A stretch of 64,000 nucleotides of DNA from Eledone cirrhosa. Its lineage: Eukaryota. This document shows, piece after piece, positions 26,301 through 41,500 of the stretch (position 1 is its first letter; every line of letters starts with the position of its first letter). The position numbers and the translations under genes are program-made. Location of the stretch: contig OZ024741.1 in the NCBI GenBank assembly GCA_964016885.1, positions 260,710,001-260,774,000 of the forward strand, in the 5' to 3' direction. The notes under the pieces are model-generated. The model ran no database searches. It was not told where the DNA came from and saw nothing but the letters and a program-made list of their open reading frames with translations.

Positions 26301-29300
26301 TTTCGACTTACGAGTGTTTCGGCTTATGAGTGTTTCGACTTACGAGTGTTTCGACTTACGAGTGTTTTGTCTTACGGGTGTTTTGACATACGAGTGTTTC
26401 GATACGAGTGTTCTGACTTACGAGTGTTCTGACTTACGAGTGTTTTGACTCACGAGTGTTCTGACTTACGAGTGTTCCGACTTACGAGTGTTCCGACTTA
26501 CGAGTGTTTCGGCTTACGAGTGTTTCCGGCTTACGAGTGTTTCGACTTACGAGTGTTTTGACTTACGGTGTTTCGGCTTACGAGTGATTCGACTTACGAG
26601 TGTTTTGACTTACGGGTGTTTTGACTTACGGGTGTTGTGAATTACGAGTGTTCCGATTTACGAGTGTTTTGACTTACGGTGTTTCGGCTTACGAGTGATT
26701 CGACTTACGAATGTTTTGACTTACGGGTGTTTCGGCTTGCGAGTGTTTCGACTTACGAGTGTTTCGGCTTACGAGTGTTTCGACTTACTAATTTTTTTAC
26801 TTACGAGTGATTCGGCGTACGAGAGTTTTGACTTACGAGTGTTTCGACTTACGAGTGTTTTGACTTACGAATGTTTTGACTTACTAATGTTTCGGCGTAC
26901 GAGTGTTTCGACTTACGAGTGTTTCGACTTACGGGTGTTTTGACTTACGGGTGTTTCGGCTTACGAGTGTTTCGACTTACGATTGTTTGGCTTACGAATG
27001 TTTCGACTTACGAGTGTTTCGACTTACGAGAGTTTTGACTTACGGTGTTTCGGCTTACGAGTGTTTCGACTTACGAGTGTTTTGACTTACGGGTGTTTTG
27101 ACATACGAGTGTTTCGATACGAGTGTTCTGACTTACGAGTGTTCTGACTTACGAGTGTTCTGACTTACGGGTGTTCTGACTTACGAGTGTTCCGACTTAC
27201 GAGTGTTTCGGCTTATGAGGGTTTCGACTTACGAGTGCTTCGGCTTACGAGTGTTTCGACTTACGAGTGTTTCGGCTTACGAGTGTTTCGACTTACGAAT
27301 GTTTTGGCTTACGAGTGTTTCGGCTTACGAGTGTTTCGACTTACGAGTGTTTCGACTTACGAGTGTTTTGACTTACGGTGTTTCGGCTTACGAGTGTTTC
27401 GACATACGAGTGTTTTGACGTACGGGTGTTTCGACTTACGGGTGTTTCGACTTAAGAGTGTTTCGACTTACGAGCGCTTCGACTTACGAGTGTTTCGGCT
27501 TACGAGTGTTTCGGCGTATGAGTGTTTCGACTTACGAGTCTTTCGGCTTACGAGTGTTTCGACTTACTAATGTTTTTACTTACGAGTGTTTCGGCGTACG
27601 AGTGTTTCGACTTACGAGTGTTTCGACTTACGGGTGTTTTGACTTACGGGTGTTTCGGCTCACGAGTGTTTCGACTTACGATTGTTTGGCTTACGAATGT
27701 TTCGGCTTACGAGTGTTTCGACTTACGAGAGTTTTGACTTACGGTGTTTCGGCTTACGAGTGTTTCGACTTACGAGTGTTTTGACTTACGGGTGTTTTAA
27801 CATACGAGTGTTTCGATACGAGTGTTCTGACTTACGAGTGTTCTGACTTACGAGTGTTCTGACTTACGGGTGTTCTGACTTACGAGTGTTCCGACTTACG
27901 AGTGTTTCGGCTTATGAGGGTTTCGACTTACGAGTGCTTCGGCTTACGAGTGTTTCGACTTACGAGTGTTTCGGCTTACGAGTGTTTCGACTTACGAATG
28001 TTTTGGCTTACGAGTGTTTCGGCTTACGAGTGTTTCGACTTACGAGTGTTTCGACTTACGAGTTTTTTGACTTACGGTGTTTCGGCTTACGAGTGTTTCG
28101 ACATACGAGTGTTTTGACGTACGGGTGTTTCGACTTCCGGGTGTTTCGACTTAAGAGTGTTTCGACTTACGAGCGCTTCGACTTACGAGTGTTTCGGCTT
28201 ACGAGTGTTTCGGCGTATGAGTGTTTTGACTTACGAGTGTTTCGACTTACGAGTGTTTCGACTTACGAGTGTTTCGACTTACGAGTGTTTCGACTTACGA
28301 GTGTTTTGACTTACGAGTGTTTTGACTAACGGTGTTTCTGCTTACGAGTGTTTCGACTTACGAGTGTTATGACTTACGGGTGTTTTGACATACGAGTGTT
28401 TCGATACGAGTGTTTCGACTTACGAGTGTTACGAGTGTTCTGACTTACGAGTGTTTCGACTTACGAGTGTTCTGACCTACGAGTGTTCTGACTTACGAGT
28501 GTTTCGACTTACGAGTGTTTTGACTTACGGGGGTTTCGACTTACGAGTGTTTCGAGTTACGAGTGTTTCGAGTTACGAGTGTTTCGACTTACGAGTGTTT
28601 TTACTTACGAATGTTCTGACTTACGGGTGTTTCGGCTTACGAGTGTTTCGACTTACGAGTGTTTTAACTTACGGGTGTTTCTACTTACGCGTGTTTCGAC
28701 TTGCAAGTGTTTCGACTTACGAGTGTTTCGACCTGCAAGTGTTTCGACTTACGAGTGTTTCGACTACGAATGTTCCGACTTACGAGTGTTTCGACTTACG
28801 AGTGTTTCGACTTACGAGTGTTCTGACTTACGGGTGTTCCGACTTACGAGTGTTTCGTCTTACGATTGTTGTGACTTACGATTGTTTTGACTTACGGGTG
28901 TTTCGACTTACGGGTGTTTCGACGTAAGAGTGTTTCGACTTACGAGCGCTTCGACTTACGAGTGTTTCGACTTACGAGTGCTTTGCCTTACGAATGTTTT
29001 GAATTACTTCGACTTACGGGTGTTCTGACTTACGAGTGTTCCGACTCACGAGTGTTTCGGCGTATGAGTGTTTCGACTTACGGGCGTTTCGACTTACGGG
29101 TGTTTCGACTTACGTGTGTTTTGACTTACGAGTGTTCTGACTTACTAGTGTTCCGACTTACGACTGTTTCGACTTACGAGTGTTTTGACTTACGAGTGTT
29201 CCGACTTACGAGTGTTTCGGCTTACGGGTGTTTCGACGTACGAGTATTTTTGGCTTACGAGTGTTTCGACTTACGAGTGTTTTGAATTACGATTGTTTCG

Positions 29301-32300
29301 GCTTACGAGTGTTTCGACTTACGAGTATTTCGACTTACGAGTTTTTTCACTTACGGTGTTTCGGCTTACGAGTGTTTCGACTTACGAGTGTTTTGACTTA
29401 CGGGTGTTTTGACATACGAGTGTTTCGATACGAGTGCTCTGACTTACGAGTGTTCTGACTTACGAGTGTTCTGAATTACGAGTGTTCTGACTTACGAGTG
29501 TTTCGGCTTACGAATGTTTCGACTTACGAATGTTTTGGCTTACGAGTGTTTCGGCTTACCGGTGTTTCGACTTACGAGTGTTTCGACTTACGAGTGTTTT
29601 GACTTACGGTGTTTCGGCTTACAATTTATTCGACATACGAGTGTTTCGACTTACGGGTGTTTCGACTTACGGGTGTTTCGACTTACGAGTGTTTCGACTT
29701 ATGAGTGTTTCGACTTACGCGTGTTCTGACTTACGAGTGTTCTGACTAACGAGTGTTCCGACTTACGAGTGTTTCGGTTTACGAGTGATTCGACATACGA
29801 GTGTTTTGACTTACGAGTGTTTCGGCTTACGAGTGTTTCGACTTACTAATGTTTTTACTTACGAGTGTTTCGGTGTACGAGTGTTTCGACTTAAGGATGT
29901 TTCGACTTACGAGTGTTTCGACTTACGTGTGTTTCGGCTTACGTGAGTTTCGACTTAAGAGTGTTCTGATTTACGAGTGTTCTGACTTGCGGGTGTTCTG
30001 ATTTACGAGTGTTCCGACTTACGAGTGTTTCGGCTTATGAGTGTTTCGACTTACGAGTGTTTCGGCTTACGAGTGTTTCGACTTATGGGTGTTTTGACTT
30101 ACGAGTGTTTTTACTTACGGTGTTTCGGCTTACGAGTGTTTCGACATACGAGTGTTCAGACTTACGAGTGTTCCGACTTACGAGCGTTCCGACTTACGAG
30201 TGTTTCGACTTACGAGTGTTAAGACTTACGGGTGTTTTGACATACGAGTGTTTCGATACGAGTGTTCTGACTTACGAGTGTTCTGACTTACGAGTGTTTT
30301 GACTTACGAGTGTTCTGACTTACGAGTGTTCCGACTTACGAGTGTTCCGACTTACGAGTGTTTCGGCTTACGAGTGTTTCCGGCTTACGAGTGTTTCGAC
30401 TTACGAGTGTTTTGACTTACGGTGTTTCGGCTTACGAGTCATTCAACTTACGAGTGTTTTGACTTACGGGTGTTTTGACTTACGGGTGTGGTGAATTACG
30501 AGTGTTCCGATTTACGAGTGTTTTGAGTTACGGTGTTTCGGCTTACGAGTGATTCGACTTACGAATGTTTTGACTTACGGGTGTTTCGGCTTGCGAGTGT
30601 TTCGACTTACGAGTGTTTCGGCTTATGAGTGTTTCGACTTACTAATGTTTTTACTTACGAGTGTTCTGACTTACGAGGGTTCCGACTTAAGAGTGTTCCG
30701 ACTTACGAGTGTTTCGGCTTACGAGTGTTTCCGGCTTACGAGTGTTTCGACTTACGAGTGTTTCGACTTACGAGTGTTTTGACTTACGGTGGTTCGACTT
30801 ACGAGTGATTCGACTTACGAGTGTTTTGACTTACGGGTGTTTTGACTTACGGGTGTTGTGAATTACGAGTGTTCCGATTTACGAGTGTTTTGACTTACGG
30901 TGTTTCGGCTAACGAGTGATTCGACTTACGAATGTTTTGACTTACGGGTGTTTCGGCTTACGAGTGTTTCGACTTACGAGTGTTTCGGCTTGCGAGTGTT
31001 TCGAGTTACTAATGTTTTTACTTACGAGTTTTTCGGCGTACGAGTGTTTCGACTTACGAGTGTTTCGACTTACGGGTGTTTTGACTTAAGGGTGTTTCGA
31101 CTTACAAGTGTTTCGACTTACGAGTGTTTCGACTTACGAGTGTTCTGACTTACGAGTGTTCTGATTTACGGATGTTTCGACATACGAGTGTTTCGACTTA
31201 CGAGTGTTTCGACTTACGAGTGTTTTGACTTACGGGTGTTTTGACATACGAGTGTTTCGATACGAGTGTTTCGACTTACGAGTGTTTTGACTTACGGTGT
31301 TTCGGCTTACGAGTGATTCGAGTTACGAATGTTTTGACTTACGGGTGTTTCGGCTTGCGAGTGTTTCGACTTACGAGTGTTTCGGCTTATGGGTGTTTCG
31401 ACTTACTAATGTTTTTACTTACGAGTGTTTCGGCGTACGAGTGTTTTGACTTACGAGTGTTTCGACTTACGAGTGTTTCGACTTACGAGTGTTTCGGCTT
31501 ACGTGAGTTTCGACTTAAGTGTGTTCTGATTTACGAGTGTTCTGACTTGCGGGTGTTCTGATTTACGAGTGTTCCGACTTACGAGTGTTTCGGCTTATGA
31601 GTGTTTCGACTTACGAGTGTTTCGGCTTACGAGTGTTTCGACTTATGGGTGTTTCGACTTACGAGTGTTTTTACTTACGGTGTTTCGGCTTACGAGTGTT
31701 TCGACATACGAGTGTTTTGACTTACGGGTGTTTCGACTTACGAGTGTTTTGACTTACGAATGTTTTGACTTACGGGTGTTTCGGCTTACGAGTGTTTCGA
31801 CTTACGAGTGTTTCGGATTACGAGTGTTTCGACTTACTAATGTTCTTACTTACGAGTGTTTCGGCGTACGAGAGTTTTGACTTACGAGTGTTTCGAATTA
31901 CGAGTGTTTCGACTTACGAGTGTTTTGACTTACGAATGTTTTGACTTACGGGTGTTTCGGCTTACGAGTGTTTCGACTTACGAGTCTTTCGACTTACGAG
32001 TGTTTCGACTTACTAATGTTTTTACTTACGAGTGTTTCGGCGTACGAGTGTTTCGACTTACGAGTGTTTCGACTAACGGGTGTTTTGACTTACGGGTGTT
32101 TCGGCTTACGGGTGTTTTGAGTTACGAGTGTTTTGACTTAAGGGTGTTTCGACTTACGAGTATTTTTGGCTTACGAGTGTTTCGACTTACGAGTGTTTTG
32201 ACTTACGAGTGTTCTGATTTACGGATGTTTCGACATACGAGTGTTTCGACTTACGAGTGTTTCGACTTATGAGTGTTTCGACTTACGACTGTTTCGACTT

Positions 32301-35300
32301 ACGAGTGTTTTGACTTACGGGTGTTTTGACATACGAGTGTTTCGATACGAGTGTTCTGACTTACGAGTGTTTTGACTCACGAGTGTTCTGACTTACGAGT
32401 GTTCCGACTTACGAGTGTTCCGACTTACGAGTGTTTCGGCTTACGAGTGTTTCCGGCTTACGAGTGTTTCGACTTACGAGTGTTTTGACTTACGGTGTTT
32501 CGGCTTACGAGTGATTCGACTTACGAGTGTTTTGACTTACGGGTGTTTTGACTTACGGGTGTTGTGAATTACGAGTGTTCCGATTTACGAGTGTTTTGAC
32601 TTACGGTGTTTCGGCTTACGAGTGATTCGACTTACGAATGTTTTGACTTACGGGTGTTTCGGCTTGCGAGTGTTTCGACTTACGAGTGTTTCGGCTTACG
32701 AGTGTTTCGACTTACTAATTTTTTTACTTACGAGTGTTTCGGCGTACGAGAGTTTTGACTTACGAGTGTTTCGACTTACGGGTGTTTTGACTTACGGGTG
32801 TTTCGGCTTACGAGTGTTTCGACTTACGAGTGTTTCGACTTACGGTGTTTCGGCTTACGAGTGTTTCGACATACGAGTGTTTTGACGTACGGGTGTTTCG
32901 ACTTACGGGTGTTTCGACTTAAGAGTGTTTCGACTTACGAGCGCTTCGACTTACTAATGTTTTTACTTACGAGTGTTTCGGCGTACGAGTGTTTCGACTT
33001 ACGAGTGTTTCGACTTACGGGTGTTTTGACTTACGGGTGTTTCGGCTTACGAGTGTTTCGACTTACGATTGTTTGGCTTACGAATGTTTCGGCTTACGAG
33101 TGTTTCGACTTACGAGAGTTTTGACTTACGGTGTTTCGGCTTACGAGTGTTTCGACTTACGAGTGTTTTGACTTACGGGTGTTTTGACATACGAGTGTTT
33201 CGATACGAGTGTTCTGACTTACGAGTGTTCTGACTTACGAGTGTTCTGACTTACGGGTGTTCTGACATACGAGTGTTCCGACTTACGAGTGTTTCGGCTT
33301 ATGAGGGTTTCGACTTACGAGTGCTTCGGCTTACGAGTGTTTCGACTTACTAGTGTTTCGGCTTACGAGTGTTTCGACTTACGAATGTTTTGGCTTACGA
33401 GTGTTTCGGCTTACGAGTGTTTCGAATTACGAGTGTTTCGACTTACGAGTGTTTTGACTTACGGTGTTTCGGCTTACGAGTGTTTCGACATACGAGTGTT
33501 TTGACGTACGGGTGTTTCGACTTACGGGTGTTTCGACTTAAGAGTGTTTCGACTTACGAGCGCTTCGACTTACGAGTGTTTCGGCTTACGAGTGTTTCGG
33601 CGTATGAGTGTTTTGACTTACGAGTGTTTCGACTTACGAGTGTTTCGACTTACGAGTGTTTAGACTTACGAGTGTTTCGACTTACGAGTGTTTTGACTTA
33701 CGAGTGTTTTGACTAACGGTGTTTCTGCTTACGAGTGTTTCGACTTACGAGTGTTATGACTTACGGGTGTTTTGACATACGAGTGTTTCGATACGAGTGT
33801 TTCGACTTACGAGTGTTACGAGTGTTCTGACTTACGAGTGTTTCGACTTACGAGTGTTCTGACCTACGAGTGTTCTGACTTACGAGTGTTTCGACTTACG
33901 AGTGTTTCGACTTGCAAGTGTTTCGACTTACGAGTGTTTCGACTACGAATGATCCGACTTACGAGTGTTTCGACTTACGAGTGTTTCGACTTACGAGTGT
34001 TCTGACTTACGGGTGTTCCGACTTACGAGTGTTTCGGCTTACGATTGTTTTGACTTACGATTGTTTTGGCTTACGAATGTTTCGACTTACGAGTGTTTCG
34101 GCTTACGAGTGTTTCGACCTACGAGTGTTTCGGCTTACGAGTGTTTTGACGTACGAATGTTTTGGCTTACGCGTGTTTCGGCTTACGAGTGTTTCGAATT
34201 ACGAGTGTTTCGACTTACGAGTGTTTTGACTTACGGTGTTTCGGCTTACGAGTGTTTCGACTCACGAGAGTTTTAACTTACGGGTATTTCGACTTACGAG
34301 TGTTTCGACTACGAATGATCCGACTTACGAATGTTCCGACTTACGAGTGTTTCGACTTACGAGTGTTTCGGCGTACGAGTGTTTCGACTTACGAGTGTTT
34401 TGACTTACGTGTGTTTCGGCTTACGAGTGTTTTGACTTACGAGTGTTTTGACTTACGGGTGTTTCGGCTTACGAGTGTTCCGACTTACGAGTGTTCCGAC
34501 TTACCAGCGTTCCGACTTACGAGTGTTTCGGCTTACGAGTGTTCCGACTTACGAGTGTTTCGACTTACGAGTGTTTTGACTTACGGTGTTTCGGCTTACG
34601 AGTGTTTTGACTTACGAGTGTTTTGACTTACGGGTGTTTTGACATACGAGTGTTTCGATACGAGTGTTCTGACTTACGAGTGTTCTGACTTACGAGCGTT
34701 CTGACTTACGAGTGTTCTGACTTACGAGTGTTCTGACTTACGGGTGTTCTTACTTACGAGTGTTCCGACTTACGAGTGTTTCAGCTTATGAGTGTTTTGA
34801 CTTACGAGTGCTTCGGTTTACGAGTGTTTCGACTTACGAGTGTTTCGACTTACGAGTGTTTTGACTTACGAGTGTTTTGACTAACGGTGTTTCTGCTTAC
34901 GAGTGTTTCGACTTACGAGTGTTATGACTTACGGGTGTTTTGACATACGAGTGTTTCGATACGAGTGTTTCGACTTACGAGTGTTACGAGTGTTCTGACT
35001 TACGAGTGTTTCGACTTACGAGTGTTCTGACCTACGAGTGTTATGACTTACGAGTGTTTCGACTTACGAGTGTTTTGACTTACGGGTGTTTCGACTTACG
35101 AGTGTTTCGAGTTACGAGTGTTTCGAGTTACGAGTGTTTCGACTTACGAGTGTTTTTACTTACGAATGTTCTGAATTACGGGTGTTTCGGCTTACGAGTG
35201 TTTCGACTTACGAGTGTTTTGACTTACGGGTGTTTTGACTTACGGGTGTTGTGAATTACGAGTGTTCCGATTTACGAGTGTTTTAACTTACGGTGTTTCG

Positions 35301-36040
35301 GCTAACGAGTGATTCGACTTACGAATGTTTTGACTTACGGGTGTTTCGGCTTACGAGTGTTTCGACTTACGAGTGTTTCGGCTTGCGAGTGTTTCGACTT
35401 ACTAATGTTTTTACTTACGAGTTTTTCGGCGTACGAGTGTTTCGACTTACGAGTGTTTCGACTTACGGGTGTTTTGACTTAAGGGTGTTTCGACTTACAA
35501 GTGTTTCGACTTACGAGTGTTTCGACTTACGAGTGTTCTGACTTACGAGTGTTCTGATTTACGGATGTTTCAACATACGAGTGTTTCGACTTAGGAGTGT
35601 TTCGACTTACGAGTGTTTTGACTTACGGGTGTTTTGACATACGAGTGTTTCGATACGAGTGTTTCGACTTACGAGTGTTCTGACTTACGAGTGTTCTGAC
35701 TTACGAGTGTTCTGACTTACGAGTGTTCTGATTTACGAGTGTTCCGACTTACGAGGGTTTCGGCTTACGAGTGTTTCGGCTTACGAGTGTTTCGACTTAC
35801 GAGTGTTTCGACTTACGAGTGTTCCGACTTACGGGTGTTTCGACTTACGAGTGGTTTGGCTTACGGTGTTTCGGCTTACGAGTGTTTCGAGTTACGAGTG
35901 TTTTGACTTACGCGTGTTTTGACATACGAGTGTTTCGATACGAGTGTTCTGACTTACGAGTGTTCTGACTTACGAGTGTTCCGACTTTACGAGTGTTTCG
36001 GCTCACGAGTGTTTCGGCTTACGAGTGTTTCGACTTACGA

Positions 36041-36117
36041 AAATAACAAATAGACGCGGTTTCAAATCTCTATGATTTTCAAATTCATTACATTAATCTT
36101 TATTTATACGTTTCGCT
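36041..36117. repeat. 77-bp AT-rich element, copy 5
   Basis: Same sequence as 416-492. Confidence 0.95.
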
Positions 36118-38461
36118 TTACGAGTGTTTCGACTTACGAGTGTTTCGACATACGAGTGTTTCGACTTCCGAATGTTTTTGCTTACGGGTGTTTCGACTTA
36201 CGAATGTTTCGGCTTACGAGTGTTTCGGCTTACGAGTGTTCCGACTTAGGAGTGTTTCGGCTTACGAGTGTTTCCGGCTTACGAGTGTTTCGACTTACGA
36301 GTGTTTCGACTTTCGAGTGTTTTGACTTACGGTGTTTCGGCTTACGAGTGATTCGACTTACGAGTGTTTTAACTTACGGGTGTTTTGATTTACGGGTGTT
36401 GTGAATTACCAGTGTTCCGATTTACGAGTATTTTGACTTACGGTGATTCGGCTTGCGAGTGTTTCGACTCACGAGTGTTTCGGCTTATGAGTGTTTCGAC
36501 TTACTAATGTTTTTACTTACGAGTGTTTCGGCGTTCGAGTGTTTTGCCTTACGAGTGTTTCGACTTAAGAGTGTTTTGACTTACGAATGTTTTGACTTAC
36601 GGGTGTTTCGGCTTATGAGTGTTTCGACTTACGAGTGTTTCGACTTACGAGTGTTTCGACTTACGAGTGTTCTGACTTACGAGTGTTCTGACTTACGAAT
36701 GTTTCGACTTACGAGTGTTTCAGTTTACGAGTGTTTCGACATACGAGTGTTTTGACTTACGGGTGTTTCGACTACGGGTGTTTCGAATTACGAGTGTTTC
36801 GGCTTACGAGTGTTTCGACTTACTAATGTTTTTACTTACGAGTGTTTCGGTGTACGAATGTTTTGACTTAAGGATGTTTCGACTTACGAGTGTTTCGACT
36901 TACGAGTGTTTCGGCTTACGTGAGTTTCGACTTAAGAGTGTTCTGATTTACGAGTGTTCTGACTTGCGGGTGTTCTGATTTACGAGTGTTCCGACTTACG
37001 AGTGTTTCGGCTTATGAGTGTTTCGACTTACGAGTGTTTCGGCTTACGAGTGTTTCGACTTATGGGTGTTTCGACTTACGAGTGTTTTTACTTACGGTGT
37101 TTCGGCTTACGAGTGTTTCGACATACGAGTGTTTTGACTTACGGGTGTTTCGACTTACGAGTGTTTTGACTTACGAATGTTTTGACTTACGGGTGTTTCG
37201 GCTTACGAGTGTTTCGACTTACGAGTGTTTCGGCTTACGAATGTTTCGACTTACGGGTGTTTCGGCTTATGAGTGTTTCGACTTACGAGTCTTTCGGCTT
37301 ACGAGTGTTTCGACTTACTAATGTTTTTACTTACGACTGTTTCGGCGTACGAGTGTTTCGACTTACGAGTGTTTCGACTTACGGGTGTTTTGACTTACGG
37401 GTGTTTCGGCTTACGAGTGTTTCGACTTACGATTGTTTGGCTTACGAATGTTTCGACTTACGAGTGTTTCGACTTACGAGAGTTTTGACTTACGGTGTTT
37501 CGGCTTACGAGTGTTTCGACTTACGAGTGTTTTGACTTACGGGTGTTTTGACATACGAGTGTTTCGATACGAGTGTTCTGACTTACGAGTGTTCTGACTT
37601 ACGAGTGTTTCGACTTACGAGTGTTTTGACTTACGGGTGTTTTGACATACGAGTGTTTCGATACGAGTGTTCTGACTTACGAGTGTTCTGACTTACGAGT
37701 GTTCTGACTTACGGGTGTTCTGACTTACGAGTGTTCCGGCTTACGAGTGTTTCGGCTTATGAGGGTTTCGACTTACGAGTGCTTCGGCTTACGAGTGTTT
37801 CGACTTACGAGTGTTTCGGATACGAGTGTTTCGACTTACGAATGTTTTGGCTTACGAGTGTTTCGGCTTACGAGTGTTTCGACTTACGAGTGTTTCGACT
37901 TACGAGTGTTTTGACTTACGGTGTTTCGGCTTACGAGTGTTTCGACATACGAGTGTTTTGACGTACGGGTGTTTCGACTTACGGGTGTTTCGACTTAAGA
38001 GTGTTTCGACTTACGAGCGCTTCGACTTACGAGTGTTTCGGCTTACGAGTGTTTCGGCGTATGAGTGTTTCGACTTACGAGTCTTTCGGCTTACGAGTGT
38101 TTCGACTTACTAATGTTTTTACTTACGAGTGTTTCGGCGTACGAGTGTTTCGACTTACGAGTGTTTCGACTTACGGGTGTTTTGACTTACGGGTGTTTCG
38201 GCTTACGAGTGTTTCGACTTACGATTGTTTGGCTTACGAATGTTTCGGCTTACGAGTGTTTCGACTTACGAGAGTTTTGACTTACGGTGTTTCGGCTTAC
38301 GAGTGTTTCGACTTACGAGTGTTTTGACTTACGGGTGTTTTGACATACGAGTGTTTCGATACGAGTGTTCTGACTTACGAGTGTTCTGACTTACGAGTGT
38401 TCCGACTTTACGAGTGTTTCGGCTCACGAGTGTTTCGGCTTACGAGTGTTTCGACTTACGA

Positions 38462-38538
38462 AAATAACAAATAGACGCGGTTTCAAATCTCTATGATTTT
38501 CAAATTCATTACATTAATCTTTATTTATACGTTTCGCT
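38462..38538. repeat. 77-bp AT-rich element, copy 6
   Basis: Same sequence as 416-492. Confidence 0.95.
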
Positions 38539-41500
38539 TTACGAGTGTTTCGACTTACGAGTGTTTCGACATACGAGTGTTTCGACTTCCGAATGTTTTT
38601 GCTTACGGGTGTTTCGACTTACGAATGTTTCGGCTTACGAGTGTTTCGGCTTACGAGTGTTCCGACTTAGGAGTGTTTCGGCTTACGAGTGTTTCCGGCT
38701 TACGAGTGTTTCGACTTACGAGTGTTTCGACTTACGGGTGTTTTGACTTACGGGTGTTTCGGCTTACGAGTGTTTCGACTTACGATTGTTTGGCTTACGA
38801 ATGTTTCAACTTACGAGTGTTTCGACTTACGAGAGTTTTGACTTACGGTGTTTCGGCTTACGAGTGTTTCGACTTACGAGTGTTTTGACTTACGGGTGTT
38901 TTGACATACGAGTGTTTCGATACGAGTGTTCTGACTTACGAGTGTTCTGACTTACGAGTGTTCTGACTTACGGGTGTTCTGACTTACGAGTGTTCCGACT
39001 TACGAGTGTTTCGGCTTATGAGGGTTTCGACTTACGAGTGCTTCGGCTTACGAGTGTTTCGACTTACGAGTGTTTCGGCTTACGAGTGTTTCGACTTACG
39101 AATGTTTTGGCTTACGAGTGTTTCGGCTTACGAGTGTTTCGACTTACGAGTGTTTCGACTTACGAGTGTTTTGACTTACGGTGTTTCGGCTTACGAGTGT
39201 TTCGACATACGAGTGTTTTGACGTACGGGTGTTTCGACTTACGGGTGTTTCGACTTAAGAGTGTTTCGACTTACGAGCGCTTCGACTTACGAGTGTTTCG
39301 GCTTACGAGTGTTTCGGCGTATGAGTGTTTCGACTTACGAGTCTTTCGGCTTTCGAGTGTTTCGACTTACTAATGTTTTTACTTACGAGTGTTTCGGCGT
39401 ACGAGTGTTTCGACTTACGAGTGTTTCGACTTACGGGTGTTTTGACTTACGGGTGTTTCGGCTCACGAGTGTTTCGACTTACGATTGTTTGGCTTACGAA
39501 TGTTTCGGCTTACGAGTGTTTCGACTTACGAGAGTTTTGACTTACGGTGTTTCGGCTTACGAGTGTTTCGACTTACGAGTGTTTTGACTTACGGGTGTTT
39601 TAACATACGAGTGTTTCGATACGAGTGTTCTGACTTACGAGTGTTCTGACTTACGAGTGTTCTGACTTACGGGTGTTCTGACTTACGAGTGTTCCGACTT
39701 ACGAGTGTTTCGGCTTATGAGGGTTTCGACTTACGAGTGCTTCGGCTTACGAGTGTTTCGACTTACGAGTGTTTCGGCTTACGAGTGTTTCGACTTACGA
39801 ATGTTTTGGCTTACGAGTGTTTCGGCTTACGAGTGTTTTGATTTACGGTGTTTCGGCTTACGAGTGTTTCGACATACGAGTGTTTTGACGTACGGGTGTT
39901 TCGACTTACGGGTGTTTCGACTTAAGAGTGTTTCGACTTACGAGCGCTTCGACTTACGAGTGTTTCGGCTTACGAGTGTTTCGGCGTATGAGTGTTTTGA
40001 CTTACGAGTGTTTCGACTTACGAGTGTTTCGACTTACGAGTGTTTCGACTTACGAGTGTTTCGACTTACGAGTGTTTTGACTTACGAGTGTTTTGACTAA
40101 CGGTGTTTCTGCTTACGAGTGTTTCGACTTACGAGTGTTATGACTTACGGGTGTTTTGACATACGAGTGTTTCGATACGAGTGTTTCGACTTACGAGTGT
40201 TACGAGTGTTCTGACTTACGAGTGTTTCGACTTACGAGTGTTCTGACCTACGAGTGTTCTGACTTACGAGTGTTTCGACTTACGAGTGTTTTGACTTACG
40301 GGGGTTTCGACTTACGAGTGTTTCGAGTTACGAGTGTTTCGAGTTACGAGTGTTTCGACTTACGAGTGTTTTTACTTACGAATGTTCTGACTTACGGGTG
40401 TTTCGGCTTACGAGTGTTTCGACTTACGAGTGTTTTAACTTACGGGTGTTTCTACTTACGCGTGTTTCGACTTGCAAGTGTTTCGACTTACGAGTGTTTC
40501 GACCTGCAAGTGTTTCGACTTACGAGTGTTTCGACTACGAATGTTCCGACTTACGAGTGTTTCGACTTACGAGTGTTTCGACTTACGAGTGTTCTGACTT
40601 GCGGGTGTTCCGACTTACGAGTGTTTCGTCTTACGATTGTTGTGACTTACGATTGTTTTGACTTACGGGTGTTTCGACTTACGGGTGTTTCGACGTAAGA
40701 GTGTTTCGACTTACGAGCGCTTCGACTTACGAGTGTTTCGACTTACGAGTGCTTTGCCTTACGAATGTTTTGAATTACTTCGACTTACGGGTGTTCTGAC
40801 TTACGAGTGTTCCGACTCACGAGTGTTTCGGCGTATGAGTGTTTCGACTTACGGGCGTTTCGACTTACGGGTGTTTCGACTTACGTGTGTTTTGACTTAC
40901 GAGTGTTCTGACTTACTAGTGTTCCGACTTACGACTGTTTCGACTTACGAGTGTTTTGACTTACGAGTGTTCCGACTTACGAGTGTTTCGGCTTACGGGT
41001 GTTTCGACGTACGAGTATTTTTGGCTTACGAGTGTTTCGACTTACGAGTGTTTTGAATTACGATTGTTTCGGCTTACGAGTGTTTCGACTTACGAGTATT
41101 TCGACTTACGAGTTTTTTTACTTACGGTGTTTCGGCTTACGAGTGTTTCGACTTACGAGTGTTTTGACTTACGGGTGTTTTGACATACGAGTGTTTCGAT
41201 ACGAGTGCTCTGACTTACGAGTGTTCTGACTTACAAGTGTTCTGAATTACGAGTGTTCTGACTTACGAGTGTTTCGGCTTACGAATGTTTCGACTTACGA
41301 ATGTTTTGGCTTACGAGTGTTTCGGCTTACGGGAGTTTCGACTTACGAGTGTTTCGACTTACGAATGTTTTGGCTTACGAGTGTTTCGGCTTACGAATGT
41401 TTCGACTTACGAATGTTTTGGCTTACGAGTGTTTCGGCTTACGGGTGTTTCGACTTACGAGTGTTTCGACTTACGAGTGTTTTGACTTACGGTGTTTCGG

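Larger units (their letters stand above)
18702..27031 (+). repeat. 4165-bp near-exact tandem duplication (about 18702-22866 / 22867-27031), each unit with one AT-rich element
   Basis: Identical ORFs at 18858/23023, 19159/23324, 20074/24239, 21157/25322 and 22530/26695. The junction lies within the shared GTTTTGACTTACGG. Confidence 0.9.
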